A stretch of DNA of 64,000 nt from Synechococcus sp. (GTDB taxonomy: Bacteria > Cyanobacteriota > Cyanobacteriia > PCC-6307 > Cyanobiaceae): assembly GCA_047285805.1 (NCBI GenBank), contig JBJBCN010000003.1, forward strand, positions 832,001-896,000. The letters are read 5' to 3'. The notes beneath the pieces were generated by a model. That model was not told the origin of the DNA, did not search any database, and saw only the letters and a list, made by a program, of their open reading frames with translations. A program made the translations under genes and the position numbers. Shown piece by piece: positions 23,508 to 33,885 of this stretch (positions are counted from its first letter, which is position 1; each line of letters opens with the position of its first letter).

Positions 23508-24052
23508 CTCAGACGAGGGAAGCGATCGGCGATCGGGTCGCCGCTGAATTGCGCGACCCAGCCTTCGGGGTTGTCGAAGAAGCGAATGGCGCAGAAGGAG
23601 GGTTCGGCGCCCATGTCGAACCAGTGCTTGGTGCCGGCGGGAATGCTGATCCAGTCCTCGGCTTCGCAGAGCACCTGCAGCACCTCCTCGCCGATATGTA
23701 GGCAGAACAGCCCGCGACCTTCTACGAAGAAGCGAACCTCGTCTTCGGCGTGGGTGTGTTCTGAGAGGAACTTCTGGCGCAGCGCTTCTCGATCGGGGTG
23801 ATCCGGGTTCATCCGGATCGCATCGACGGTGGTGTAGCTGCCGCGCGCTTGCACCGCCTGGATCTCTTGGCTGTAGGCGGCGAGCACCGCATCGGGGCCG
23901 GCTCCGGCGGGGAGCTCGGCGCGGGCCGGCCAGCGCTCAAAGCCAATGCCGCGTTCGGCCAGTTCAGTGGCAATCACGGCCGGATCGTTGGTGGTCAGCT
24001 TGGGGAGCTGCGCGGCCTCGCCCGTGGCGTTGAACACCTTCAGGTCGCTCAT
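23504..24052 (-). CDS. mtnD: Acireductone dioxygenase
   Basis: KFLSEHTHAEDEVRFF, PAGTKHWFDMG. Confidence 0.95.
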   Translation of the reverse strand: MSDLKVFNATGEAAQLPKLTTNDPAVIATELAERGIGFERWPARAELPAGAGPDAVLAAYSQEIQAVQARGSYTTVDAIRMNPDHPDREALRQKFLSEHTHAEDEVRFFVEGRGLFCLHIGEEVLQVLCEAEDWISIPAGTKHWFDMGAEPSFCAIRFFDNPEGWVAQFSGDPIADRFPRLS

Positions 24053-24108
24053 CGCTCATCCCGCTGAGTGGCATCAGCCTAGAAAGGGGCCGACTGAGCC
24101 CCCTGTCC

Positions 24109-24867
24109 ATGCGCCCCAGCCCTGCCGCGGCAGTCACCCTGGTGGGGGTTGGTCCCGGTGACCCCAACCTTTTGACCCTGGCGGCGGTTCGGGCTATCGA
24201 GTCCGCGGCCGTTGTGGCCTACCCGGTCGCGCGCGCCGACGCCGAGGGCATGGCGGCGCAGATCGCCGCGCCGTGGATCACGGCGGAACAGCGGCGTCTG
24301 CCCCTGCTCTTCCCGATGGTGGCCGAGGCCGAGCCGCGGCAGCAGGCCTGGCGTGAGGCCGCCGCCGCTCTGGCTGCCGAGGCGGAGCGAGGGCTGGCGG
24401 TGGTCTTGCTATGCGAGGGGGACACCTCCCTGTTCGCGAGCTGCTCCTACGCCCTGTTGGCGTTGGCCGATCGCCATCCTTCGGTTTCGGTGGCCGTCGT
24501 TCCAGGCATCATGGCCGCAGCTGCCGCCGCAGCTGCCGCTTCAGGTCAGGGCCTGCCCTGGCCCCTGGCCCTGCAGCAGGAGGGGCTGTTGATTCGACCC
24601 ACTCCCGAGACTCGCGATGAGCTCGAGGCCTTGCTGGATTGGGCCCAGGCTCAGCAGGCGGTGTTGGCGTTGCTGAAGTTGGGCCGCCGCTGGCGCTGGG
24701 TGCAGCCGCTGTTGGAGCGGCGCGGACTGCTTGGCAGCAGCCTTTTTGCCCAACGGGTGGGCTGGCCCGATCAGCTCTTGGCCCGCGCGGATGCGATCAC
24801 GGCTGATGAGAGGCCTTACTTTTCACTCCTGCTGATCCGTCAGGGTTGGCCTGAGGTTCTGCCCTGA
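24109..24867 (+). CDS. cobI: Precorrin-2 C20-methyltransferase (CobI/CbiL)
   Basis: VGVGPGDPNLLTL, LFPM, EGDTSLF, PYFSLLL. Confidence 0.88.
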   Translation: MRPSPAAAVTLVGVGPGDPNLLTLAAVRAIESAAVVAYPVARADAEGMAAQIAAPWITAEQRRLPLLFPMVAEAEPRQQAWREAAAALAAEAERGLAVVLLCEGDTSLFASCSYALLALADRHPSVSVAVVPGIMAAAAAAAAASGQGLPWPLALQQEGLLIRPTPETRDELEALLDWAQAQQAVLALLKLGRRWRWVQPLLERRGLLGSSLFAQRVGWPDQLLARADAITADERPYFSLLLIRQGWPEVLP

Positions 24868-24880
24868 AGGAGCTGCTGCC

Positions 24881-25522
24881 ATGAGCACCATCGCCTGGTT
24901 CGCCTTGCTGCACCCGGTGCTGGTGATCCTCTTCGTCTATCCCTTGATGGGGGCGACGGTCCGCCTGGGGTTGCTGGTGCGCGAGAAGCGCCTGGGGATC
25001 ACGAAACAGCCCGAGCCGGTGCCCCAGGAGCACGCGGATCATGGTCTTTGGCTGACGGTGGGCGTGATCGTCGCCGTGCTGATTGCACTGGTCTATTCCT
25101 TCTGCAAGGCCTACCTGGAGGCCGGCGCGGACTTCCGCGGCGGTATTAGCCGCTTCGCTCTCTTGTTGTTGGTCTCGACCGGTTCCTTGGTGGCCCTGGC
25201 GGCGCTCCTGGGGGTGCGCCGCGCCCTTTGGCGGGCAATCTTTGCGCTGCTCTGCTGGGCCGGCGTGCTGGGTTTGGGCAGTCAGGCGGAGATCTGGCGA
25301 CTCTCGGACAACCCCTTCAGAGCTGGCTTCTGGAGCTCTCACTATTGGGCCGGGGTGCTCCTGAGCGGCCTGATGCTCTTCACCCTCTCGGCGCGGCCTG
25401 AGATCAAGCGCATCCCTCGTCTGCGGCAGCTGCACATCAGCGCCAACGTGCTGATCCTTCTGTTGTTTGCGGTCCAAGGGGTGAGCGGCACCCGCGACCT
25501 GCTGCAGATCGGCGGCCGCTAG
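24881..25522 (+). CDS. DUF4079-family membrane protein
   Basis: LLHP...YPL, HADHG, HYWAG, LHISAN, GTRDLL. Confidence 0.75.
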   Translation: MSTIAWFALLHPVLVILFVYPLMGATVRLGLLVREKRLGITKQPEPVPQEHADHGLWLTVGVIVAVLIALVYSFCKAYLEAGADFRGGISRFALLLLVSTGSLVALAALLGVRRALWRAIFALLCWAGVLGLGSQAEIWRLSDNPFRAGFWSSHYWAGVLLSGLMLFTLSARPEIKRIPRLRQLHISANVLILLLFAVQGVSGTRDLLQIGGR

Positions 25523-26526
25523 GCCGAGAGGGCCGCGGCGGTGTGATCCAGCAGGGCCATCGCTTGGTCAGGGGTCGGTGCACGCATCAAGGCGTGACGC
25601 AGCTGGGGTGCTCCGGTGAAGCCGTTGCAGGTCCAGCCCATGTGCTTTCGGGCGATGAGGAGTCCGTGGTCGCCTTTGGCTGCCACCAGGGCTTGGAGCT
25701 GTTCTTTGGCCAGCAGAACCCGCTCGAGGGGTGTGGGCTCCTCGGGGATCGGCCGGCCGCTGAGGGCTGCATCGATCTGGCCCACGAGCCAAGGGGCCCC
25801 CATGCTGCCCCGGCCCACCATCACCCCATCGGCTCCGGTCTGCTCGAGGCAGCGCAGGGCATCGGCGGCGGAGTTGACGTCGCCATTAGCAATCACCGGG
25901 ATGGCGAGGGCCCGTTTGACCGCGGCGATGGCGCCCCAATCGGCGCTTCCCTTAAACGCCTGCTCGCGGGTGCGGCCATGGAGGGTGAGTAATTGGGCCC
26001 CAGCGCTCTCGAGTTGCCGGCACCAGGCCGCCGGGTTTAGGTCGCTGCCGCACCAGCCCAGCCGGGTCTTCACGGTGACCGGGATCGAGACCGCCGCTGC
26101 GACCGTCTCCACGATTCGGCTGGCTAGATCGGGTTCGCGAATCAGTCCGCTGCCGCCGCCTTTTTTGGCGATCTTTTTGACCGGGCAGCCCATATTGATA
26201 TCGATCAGGAAGGCTCCGGCGGCTTCCGCCCTGCGGGCGGCATCGGCCATGGATTGTGGCCGGTAATCAAACAGCTGCACTCCGATCGGACCCTGTTCGA
26301 GCGCGAGCTCCTCCACCTTCTGCAGGCCATGGCCCAGCTCCAGGCTGGTGGCGTTGACCATCTCGGTGAACAGCAGGGCATCGGGGGCCCAGCGCCGCAC
26401 CAGGCCCCGGAAGATCCGATCGCTCACCCCGGCGAGCGGCGACTGCAGGGCGCGGCAACGCAGCTCCCGGGTTGCACCACGGCAGGGGAGTTGGAGCGGT
26501 GCGCTGGAGAGGGTGGGCGTGAACAT
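25519..26526 (-). CDS. dusB: tRNA-dihydrouridine synthase
   Basis: PLAGVSD, DINMGCP, HGRT, ANGD, GVMVGRG. Confidence 0.95.
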   Translation of the reverse strand: MFTPTLSSAPLQLPCRGATRELRCRALQSPLAGVSDRIFRGLVRRWAPDALLFTEMVNATSLELGHGLQKVEELALEQGPIGVQLFDYRPQSMADAARRAEAAGAFLIDINMGCPVKKIAKKGGGSGLIREPDLASRIVETVAAAVSIPVTVKTRLGWCGSDLNPAAWCRQLESAGAQLLTLHGRTREQAFKGSADWGAIAAVKRALAIPVIANGDVNSAADALRCLEQTGADGVMVGRGSMGAPWLVGQIDAALSGRPIPEEPTPLERVLLAKEQLQALVAAKGDHGLLIARKHMGWTCNGFTGAPQLRHALMRAPTPDQAMALLDHTAAALSA

Positions 26527-26554
26527 GGTGATTCGATTCTCGGACTCAAGGTCG

Positions 26555-27010
26555 ATGCCCGTTCCTTACCCCCTCAGTCGGGAGCTCTTGGAGGCGGTCC
26601 TGGAGGACCGCACCAGCGATCGTTTTGTTTGCGAATTGATTTGGCAGCGCCTGGGATATGAGCCCGATGGCGCGGGGATTTGGAGCGCCGGCCCTGAGAC
26701 GGACCTCAGCTGGCGGGAGTCTTTCCCTGCTGAGCCGCAGTTCATTGCCGAGCGTTCAGCGAGCGTGGCCCTCACCCGATCGGTTCCCAAGCCCTTCAAG
26801 CAATTGCTGAAGGAACAGCTGGGTTTCGCCGGCTACAAGATCGGTGGCCTCTATCCACGCCGAACCCGCCGGGCCACCGCCGTGAATTGGCTGCTGGCCC
26901 ACTTGGCGCAGCGGGGGGAGCCCCTACCCGTCAGCGGGCCGATGCCTCCGCTGTTGGATCAGCCGGCCGATCCAGTCCAGGGGCATCCAAGTGACCTGCC
27001 GATTGCCTGA
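26555..27010 (+). CDS. DUF1823-family protein
   Basis: LTRSVPKPFKQLLKEQLGFAGYKI, PRRTRRATAVNWLL. Confidence 0.8.
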   Translation: MPVPYPLSRELLEAVLEDRTSDRFVCELIWQRLGYEPDGAGIWSAGPETDLSWRESFPAEPQFIAERSASVALTRSVPKPFKQLLKEQLGFAGYKIGGLYPRRTRRATAVNWLLAHLAQRGEPLPVSGPMPPLLDQPADPVQGHPSDLPIA

Positions 27011-27112
27011 TTCCCATGTGTTGAGCAGGAAGCGCCAAGGCCCAAAGGCCTACGACCAAAAGCTCCAAGCTCACGAGCTCCAGGATCCGGTGTGGAGCCC
27101 CGTCCGGCATGG

Positions 27113-27495
27113 TCAGGCCTGGATGGTGACGGGCGCTCCCTTGGGTGTGTTCTCAAATAACCAGCGGGCATGGGGGCTGGGAATGCGGATGCAGCCATGG
27201 CTGCGGTGCACGCCAAAGGCTTCATTGGCCTGCTCCTGCCAGGGAGCCCAGTGCATGCAAATCATTCCGTTCTGCGTGATCCACATAGCCCAGGGCACGT
27301 TTGGGGCCACATAGTCCCGGCCACGCATGGTCACGCTCCGATACTTGTCGTAGACCTGGCCAACTCCCATCGTTGTGGGTGTGGCGCCTTTGCCAGTGCT
27401 CAGAAGCACCGTGCGAACGAGCTCTTGTTGTCGGTTGAAGACGTAGAGCTTCTAGCCGAGAGATCGACCACGATCGAGGCAATCAGGTCCACCAT
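27113..27495 (-). pseudogene. YkuD-type L,D-transpeptidase, frameshifted (or sequencing error)
   Basis: SHGCIR catalytic motif in the 3' frame; the N-terminus [13 protein letters not shown] is in another frame; adding one base near 27454 joins them. Confidence 0.8.
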
Positions 27496-27635
27496 CGCGG
27501 GAGACCGCCGTCGGGCGGGGGACAGAACACCCTCTCTCTAGCGAGACTCGCTTGGTCTTGTTTCGAGACTGGTCGAAATATTTTCGCTTCTGTCGGCCTG
27601 TAGGGTCGGAATACGGCAGTTGTTGCGATAACTCT

Positions 27636-29000
27636 TTGGTGTTGCCCGTCGTTGCCATTATTGGCCGCCCCAACGTGGGCAAATCCACGCTTGTGAACCG
27701 CCTCTGCCGCAGTCGCGAGGCCATCGTTCACGACGAACCGGGAGTCACCCGTGACCGCACCTATCAACAGGGCTATTGGCGGGATCGTCATTTTAAGGTG
27801 GTCGACACCGGCGGCCTGGTGTTCGACGACGACAGTGAATTTCTGCCGGAGATTCGCGAGCAGGCCAACTTGGCTCTCTCGGAAGCTTCCGTCGCGGTGG
27901 TCATCGCCGATGGTCAGCAGGGCTTAACCGCGGCTGATGAGTCCATCGCGGAGTGGCTGCGGGGTCACAACGTCCCGGTGCTGCTCGCGGTCAATAAATG
28001 TGAGTCGCCCGAGGCTGGGCTTGCCATGGCGGCGGAGTTCTGGAGCCTCGGCCTCGGGGAGCCCTACCCGATTTCCGCGATCCACGGCGCGGGGACCGGC
28101 GATCTACTGGACCGGATGGTGGATCACCTGCCCGCCGCTGAAGAGCTGGAAGGCGCAGAGCCGATCCAAATGGCCATCGTTGGCCGCCCCAATGTGGGCA
28201 AGTCCAGTCTGCTCAATGCGGTCTGCGGCGAGAAGCGGGCCATCGTCAGCCCGATTCGCGGCACCACCCGGGACACGATCGACACCTCGATCGAGAGGGA
28301 AGGGAAGCCCTGGAAATTGCTGGATACCGCCGGCATTCGCCGACGCCGTTCGGTCAACTACGGGCCGGAGTACTTCGGCATCAACCGCAGCTTCAAGGCG
28401 ATTGAGCGCTCCGATGTCTGTGTGCTGGTAATAGATGCCCTCGATGGGGTCACCGAGCAGGATCAGCGCCTGGCGGGCCGCATTGAAGAAGAGGGCCGGG
28501 CCTGCGTCTTAGTGGTGAACAAGTGGGATGCTATCGAAAAGGACAGCCACACCATGCCGGCCATGGAAAAGGAGCTGCGTGCCAAGCTCTATTTCCTGGA
28601 TTGGGCACCCATGCTCTTCACCTCTGCCCTGACTGGTCAGCGCGTGGAAAGCATTTTTGCTATTGCGGCCGTGGCGGTCGAGCAGCACCGCCGCCGGGTC
28701 AGCACGTCGGTGGTCAACGAGGTGCTGCGGGAAGCCGTCAGCTGGCGCTCTCCCCCCACCAGCCGCGGCGGTCGCCAAGGCCGGATCTACTACGGCACTC
28801 AGGTGGCTGTTCGGCCTCCGAGCTTCACCCTGTTCGTTAACGACCCGAAGTTGTTTGGGGACACCTACCGTCGCTACGTCGAACGGCAAATCCGTGAGGG
28901 TCTGGGCTTTGAGGGGTCGCCGCTCAAGTTGTTCTGGCGCGGTAAACAGCAGCGCGACGCGGAGCGGGATCTGGCTCGGCAGCAGGCCAGGGGACGCTGA
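27636..29000 (+). CDS. der: Ribosome biogenesis GTPase Der/EngA
   Basis: Two GRPNVGKS G-domains, DTGG/DTAG, NKCE/NKWD. Confidence 0.98.
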   Translation: MVLPVVAIIGRPNVGKSTLVNRLCRSREAIVHDEPGVTRDRTYQQGYWRDRHFKVVDTGGLVFDDDSEFLPEIREQANLALSEASVAVVIADGQQGLTAADESIAEWLRGHNVPVLLAVNKCESPEAGLAMAAEFWSLGLGEPYPISAIHGAGTGDLLDRMVDHLPAAEELEGAEPIQMAIVGRPNVGKSSLLNAVCGEKRAIVSPIRGTTRDTIDTSIEREGKPWKLLDTAGIRRRRSVNYGPEYFGINRSFKAIERSDVCVLVIDALDGVTEQDQRLAGRIEEEGRACVLVVNKWDAIEKDSHTMPAMEKELRAKLYFLDWAPMLFTSALTGQRVESIFAIAAVAVEQHRRRVSTSVVNEVLREAVSWRSPPTSRGGRQGRIYYGTQVAVRPPSFTLFVNDPKLFGDTYRRYVERQIREGLGFEGSPLKLFWRGKQQRDAERDLARQQARGR

Positions 29001-29024
29001 TCACCTGATCCCGCGTCAGCCCTG

Positions 29025-29933
29025 ATGGATTGGTTGCGGCAGATCCCCATCGGTCAGTACGTCGATGGGACGAACAGTTGGCTGCGGCTTCTTGATGCCC
29101 GCTTGAAGCTGAGCTGGACGGTGGCCTTTTTGCTGACCCCGATCTTGGCCGGACCCTGTTGGCGCCTGGCCTTGGTCGGCTTGCTGCTGCTGTTCACGGC
29201 GTTCAGTGGTCTGCCCTGGCGCCTCTGGCGCCGCACTCTGCCGCTTTTGCTCGTGCTCTCGCTCTTGGTGGGGGGCCTGGCCACCACCCTGCCGACGGGA
29301 TCCCTGGCGCCGGCCTCCTTGAACCGCCCTCCCCAGGAGCTGGAGCTCGGAGCGGAGCAGCAGGGGATGCGTTGGGAGCTGGTGCGGCTGGGGCCGGTGC
29401 AACTGGGCCCGCTGCCCTTGGGACCGTTGGTGGTGACCCGCCGCTCAGCGGAGCTGGGGGTCAACAGCGCCACGCTGCTGTTCACGGTGATTCACAGCGC
29501 CAATCTGCTGCTTCTAACGACTCCGCCGGAGGAGTTGGTTTGGGGCTTGAGCTGGTGCATGGCTCCCCTGGCTCGCTTGGGAGTTCCCGTGGAACGCCTC
29601 GGCTTCACCTTGCTGTTGGCCCTCCGGTTTCTGCCGCTGGTGCAGGAGGAGTTTCAGAACCTGTTGCGCTCCCTTGCCACCCGTTCGGTCAAGCTGCGGC
29701 GCTTGGGCTTCCAGGCGTCGGTCGGGCTGGTTTTGGCCCTGGGTGAGCGCCTGCTGGCCAACGTGTTGTTAAGGGCTGAACAGGGCGCGGAAGCCCTTTT
29801 GGCTCGGGGTGGTCAGTGGATCGCGCCCTCACAGCTGCTGCGTTCTCGCCTGCAGGCGCCGCTGCTTCAGGCCTTTGGTTGGCTAGGATTAGTTGTGGTG
29901 TTGGCGCTGCGCTGGCGCTTCGGTGCGCTTTGA
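29025..29933 (+). CDS. ECF transporter T component (CbiQ/Ycf92-like)
   Basis: PIGQY, LDARLKL, TTPPEEL, LALRFLPLVQEE. Confidence 0.88.
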   Translation: MDWLRQIPIGQYVDGTNSWLRLLDARLKLSWTVAFLLTPILAGPCWRLALVGLLLLFTAFSGLPWRLWRRTLPLLLVLSLLVGGLATTLPTGSLAPASLNRPPQELELGAEQQGMRWELVRLGPVQLGPLPLGPLVVTRRSAELGVNSATLLFTVIHSANLLLLTTPPEELVWGLSWCMAPLARLGVPVERLGFTLLLALRFLPLVQEEFQNLLRSLATRSVKLRRLGFQASVGLVLALGERLLANVLLRAEQGAEALLARGGQWIAPSQLLRSRLQAPLLQAFGWLGLVVVLALRWRFGAL

Positions 29934-29957
29934 TAGACGGTTGGCCGTCCTAGGCGT

Positions 29958-30224
29958 GTGAGCAACGAGCGCTACCTCAATCACCCCACATTTGGCTTGC
30001 TCTATCGCGTTGCCGAGGCCGGTGAAGGGCGCGAGCTGTACGCCACCCTCTACGCCCAGCGGATGTTTTTCCTGGTGACGGTGCAGGGCCGCAGCGTGGA
30101 ATTCGAGGTCATTCCCTTGATGGATGCGCGCCATCTCGCTGAGCAAAACCTCAACCGCGCTCGCCGCGAAGGCCCCGAAGTACATGCCGGCTGGCGAGAA
30201 TTGTTCGATAAGACCTTCATCTAA
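29958..30224 (+). CDS. pipX: PII/NtcA-interacting protein PipX
   Basis: ERYLNHPTFGLLY, LYATLYAQRMFF; conserved synteny. Confidence 0.95.
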   Translation: MSNERYLNHPTFGLLYRVAEAGEGRELYATLYAQRMFFLVTVQGRSVEFEVIPLMDARHLAEQNLNRARREGPEVHAGWRELFDKTFI

Positions 30225-30227
30225 CGA

Positions 30228-30875
30228 TTGGGCCCCTCCCCTGCTGCAGCTAGTCTTCAGGCCCTGAACGAGCAGTTGCCCGCCCACACCCGCCTGTTGG
30301 CAGTGAGCAAGGGGTATACCGCGAGCAGCATTCGTGCCTTGGCGGAAGCCGGGCAGCGTAGTTTTGGTGAGAGCCGCCTCCAAGAGGCGATGGCCAAGCA
30401 GCAGGAGTTGGCCGATCTCGATGGGTTGGATTGGCATTTCATCGGTCGTCTTCAGGCCAACAAGGTGCGGCCAGTCCTCAAGCAATTCAGCGCGATTCAC
30501 TCCGTAGATTCCTTGGCCTTGGCCGAACGGGTTTCGCGGATTGCTGGTGAGGAGGGTCTCCGTCCCGCGGTCTTTCTGCAGGTGAAATTGCGCCCAGATC
30601 CCAACAAAGGGGGGCTCTCCGCTGATGAATTGGAGCAGGAATGGCCACGGCTTCAACAGCTCCCCAACCTGCGAATTGTGGGTCTGATGACCATGGCGCC
30701 CCTGGGGTTGGAGGTGCCTCAGCGGCAGGTCCTTTTTGCGGAATGTTCGGCTCTCGCGCAGCGTTTAGGGCTGCCGGAATTGTCAATGGGAATGAGTGGC
30801 GATTGGCCCGAGGCGGCTGCCGCCGGGAGCACTTGGGTGCGGGTGGGTTCTGCCCTGTTTGGCCCGAAGCCTTGA
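30228..30875 (+). CDS. pipY: YggS-family PLP-binding protein
   Basis: AVSK, FGESRLQE, WHFIGRLQANK, LSMGMSGD, RVGSALFG. Confidence 0.95.
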   Translation: MGPSPAAASLQALNEQLPAHTRLLAVSKGYTASSIRALAEAGQRSFGESRLQEAMAKQQELADLDGLDWHFIGRLQANKVRPVLKQFSAIHSVDSLALAERVSRIAGEEGLRPAVFLQVKLRPDPNKGGLSADELEQEWPRLQQLPNLRIVGLMTMAPLGLEVPQRQVLFAECSALAQRLGLPELSMGMSGDWPEAAAAGSTWVRVGSALFGPKP

Positions 30876-30969
30876 AACCAGCAAAAAAGCCAACAATGAC
30901 TCGCTGAAACCCTTGTCAGCACCCGCGTGGGACGCTATCTAAGTCAAAAGCCCACTCCGAGGTTTCACG

Positions 30970-31527
30970 GTGTCGTTGTTCTCCCGCCTGCGTGCAGTTG
31001 TCTCCGGAGACGATTACCTCGACGGTTACGACGATGAGGATCTGGATTACGACCAGGGCGACATGCCGGAAACCAGCGGTTCGACCCCCTCTGGCGCACT
31101 AGCGCTGACCAGCGATTTCGATTCCGTTGATCCCTTCGCGGGCAGCAACGTCATTGGCATGCCTGGTGTCTCCACCTCGGCGGCGGAAGTCACCTTGATG
31201 GAGCCCCGCAGCTTCGACGAGATGCCCCGCGCAATTCAGGCCCTGCGTGAGCGCAAGACCGTTATCCTCAACCTCACGATGATGGAGCCCGACCAGGCTC
31301 AGCGTGCGGTGGACTTCGTCGCAGGCGGCACTTTCGCCATCGATGGCCATCAAGAGCGCGTCGGCGAGAGCATCTTCCTGTTCGCCCCCAGCTGTGTCAC
31401 CGTGACAAGCGCCGGTAGCGAGGAAGCCTCGGCTCCCACCGTTGTCTCCCGCGAGAGCGTCGACGAGCCCCAGGACATCGCCCCTACTCCCGCTTGGGGC
31501 CGTGAGTACGGCGCGCACGTCGGTTGA
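30970..31527 (+). CDS. sepF: Cell division protein SepF
   Basis: [23 protein letters not shown]. Confidence 0.95.
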   Translation: MSLFSRLRAVVSGDDYLDGYDDEDLDYDQGDMPETSGSTPSGALALTSDFDSVDPFAGSNVIGMPGVSTSAAEVTLMEPRSFDEMPRAIQALRERKTVILNLTMMEPDQAQRAVDFVAGGTFAIDGHQERVGESIFLFAPSCVTVTSAGSEEASAPTVVSRESVDEPQDIAPTPAWGREYGAHVG

Positions 31528-32333
31528 GCAGCACCTCCCCCACCACCTTTGGGGTCGTTGGCCTGGGCCGCATGGCCCAGGCTTTGTTGTTTCCTTGGCT
31601 CGAGAGCGGTCTGGTGCAACGCACGGCCGTCCGTGCCGTGGTCGCGTCTGAAGCTTCGGCCCAGCGGCTCCAGGGCGAGAACTTGCGTGTGAGTGTCGAT
31701 GGCCAAGAGGCCTGGGCCGCTCCCGTGGTTCTGCTGGCGGTCAAGCCCCAACAGCTCGACGCGGTGGCGGCCGCCGCACCCGCTCCCGTGCTGGGGACGT
31801 CCCCCCTCTTGGTGTCGGTGTTGGCTGGGGTGAAGCTCGAGCGCCTGCAGCGGCTCTTCCCCGGCTGGCGGGTGGTGCGCTCGGTGCCCAATACCCCCTG
31901 CTTGGTGCGCGCTGGCCTGACGGCATTGGCCTGGGCAGAGGGTGTGGATGCGCAGCAGAAGCACTGGTTGCTGGAGTTGTTTGCCCAGGTCGGCGAGGTG
32001 CTCGAGCTGCCGGAAACCCAGTTGGATGCCTTTTTGGCGCTGACCTCCTCCGGACCGGCCTTTGTTGCTTTGGTGGCTGAAGCCATGGCGGATGGTGCCG
32101 TGGCGTCGGGCCTGCCCCGGTCGCAGGCCCTGTATTTGGCCCATCGCACCTTGGCGGGCACGGCGGCGTTGTTGCACGAGCAGCAGCAGCATCCTGCCCA
32201 GCTCAAGGACATGGTGACCAGCCCGGGTGGTACCACCATCGCCGGGGTCCGCGCCCTCGAGCGCGCGGGGCTGCGGTCGGCCTTGATTGAGGCTGTTGTC
32301 GCGGCTGCTGAGCGCAGCCGTGCGCTCGGTTAG
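31524..32333 (+). CDS. proC: Pyrroline-5-carboxylate reductase
   Basis: [28 protein letters not shown]. Confidence 0.96.
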   Translation: MSSTSPTTFGVVGLGRMAQALLFPWLESGLVQRTAVRAVVASEASAQRLQGENLRVSVDGQEAWAAPVVLLAVKPQQLDAVAAAAPAPVLGTSPLLVSVLAGVKLERLQRLFPGWRVVRSVPNTPCLVRAGLTALAWAEGVDAQQKHWLLELFAQVGEVLELPETQLDAFLALTSSGPAFVALVAEAMADGAVASGLPRSQALYLAHRTLAGTAALLHEQQQHPAQLKDMVTSPGGTTIAGVRALERAGLRSALIEAVVAAAERSRALG

Positions 32334-32983
32334 GCCTCTTTTTTCTTGTCCCCCAGGCGGGGCTCGGCGCCGGCAGCGATCCGGCTCAGGTTGCTGCGGT
32401 GGCGCCAAATCACCAGCACGGCGGCGACGATCGAGAGGCTGAGGTAGGCCGGACGGATTGCCTCGCCGAGGGAGGCGCAGCGAGCCAGCATCAGCAGTGG
32501 CAGGCTCAGGGCAGCGAGCACACTCGAGAGGGAGACGATGCGGCTGACGGTGATCACCGACAGGAAGACCCCGAAGCAGGCCAGGCCGACTGGCCAGGCC
32601 AGGCCCAGCAGCATCCCCAATCCGGTGGCCACGGCCTTGCCCCCACGCCAGTCCAGCCAGATGGGCCAGATGTGGCCGGCCAACGCCGCTAAACCGGAGG
32701 CGACAACCCACCAATCACTCAGGGCGTTGTAACCATCCGGCTGGAGTAGGGCTTTGGCCAGGAGCACGGCGGCCGTTCCCTTCAGCACATCGATCAGGAA
32801 CACCACCAAAGCGGGGCCCTTGCCGATCTGGCGCAGGACGTTCGTGGCTCCAGTGGAGCCGGAACCAAGGGTGCGGATGTCAACGCCTTTCAGCCAACGC
32901 CCCGTCAGGTAGCCGGTGGGGAAGGACCCGAGGAGATAGGCCAGCACCAGGGTGAATAGTGGCGAGATCAAGAAGTCGGTCAC
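32330..32983 (-). CDS. plsY: Glycerol-3-phosphate acyltransferase
   Basis: YLLGSFP, GSGSTGATNVLR, GGKAVAT, RHRSNL. Confidence 0.96.
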   Translation of the reverse strand: MTDFLISPLFTLVLAYLLGSFPTGYLTGRWLKGVDIRTLGSGSTGATNVLRQIGKGPALVVFLIDVLKGTAAVLLAKALLQPDGYNALSDWWVVASGLAALAGHIWPIWLDWRGGKAVATGLGMLLGLAWPVGLACFGVFLSVITVSRIVSLSSVLAALSLPLLMLARCASLGEAIRPAYLSLSIVAAVLVIWRHRSNLSRIAAGAEPRLGDKKKEA

Positions 32984-33885
32984 AGCAGGTCATCCTCCAG
33001 GGCGAGTTCGGCGGGGCTGCCGGCAAAGGCCAGCCAGACCGGGAATTGCAGGATCGGCACTTCGATGGCTGGCTCGGCCGCATCGACGACGATGAAGGGG
33101 AGTTCGCCGCGCTCTTCGAGGCGATCTGCCCGCTCAATGAGGGCATCAGCGCGCTCGAAGAGGACGATCCCGCTGCTGGGTCCGAAGTCTTCGCGGTTGA
33201 GGCCCAGGCAATCCTGCAGGCTCCGGCGCCATTCCCCGAGTCGCTCCGGCATGCCCGCTAGCACCAAGGTCTGGAAGCGCTCGCCGTAGAGCTCACCCAG
33301 GATCGAGATGGCGGCGGCAGTGGTCAGGGCATTGCGGTTGCGGCTGCCGCAGCTGGGCTGGGCGCCCCGGCCGCCCTGGCCGAGGAACCAGTCCTCGAGG
33401 AGGGCCGAGCCGCCGGGCTCCAGGCTCCGGCGCAGCTTCCAGGGATCTGCATAGAAATCGGCCTGACCTTGGAAGCTCTCGAGGCGATCGCGAATCAGTG
33501 CTTCGTCATTGCTGAAGAGCCCCGCGGGTGCCGGTGCCGGAGTCGCTTCCACGGCGGCTGCTTGCGCTTCTGCGGCTGCCGCTTGATCGAGGGGGGAGGG
33601 CTGCACCACCAGCGGTTGAACCACTAGCTCCATCTGCTCGGCGGACACTGCCAGCTCCTGGAGTGCTCCAATCAGATAGTCCTGGAACCCCTTCACCCGC
33701 CGGGCGATGGAGTCGGATTGGCCGGCAAAGCTGCTTTTGATTTCCTCCTGCAGGGCATTGCGGCGGCCGGTGAGCTCGCTGATCTCCTGTTGGAGAGCCT
33801 CGCGCTGCTGACGCAGTTCGCTGGTGACGAGCTCCTTCCAGTCGTCGGGCTGGGGCGTTGTGGGGGTGGCGGCGTCTTCGCTCAT
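32980..33885 (-). CDS. DUF3086-family protein
   Basis: Coiled coil, RVKGFQDYL, PERLGEWRR; in operon with plsY. Confidence 0.8.
   Translation of the reverse strand: MSEDAATPTTPQPDDWKELVTSELRQQREALQQEISELTGRRNALQEEIKSSFAGQSDSIARRVKGFQDYLIGALQELAVSAEQMELVVQPLVVQPSPLDQAAAAEAQAAAVEATPAPAPAGLFSNDEALIRDRLESFQGQADFYADPWKLRRSLEPGGSALLEDWFLGQGGRGAQPSCGSRNRNALTTAAAISILGELYGERFQTLVLAGMPERLGEWRRSLQDCLGLNREDFGPSSGIVLFERADALIERADRLEERGELPFIVVDAAEPAIEVPILQFPVWLAFAGSPAELALEDDLL

Noticed and set aside
27600..27614. NtcA-like GTA...TAC upstream of der
   Set aside because: Spacer is 9 nt, not the canonical 8
27636..32333. der-ecfT-pipX-pipY-sepF-proC clustering as a new system
   Set aside because: Already described conserved cyanobacterial synteny
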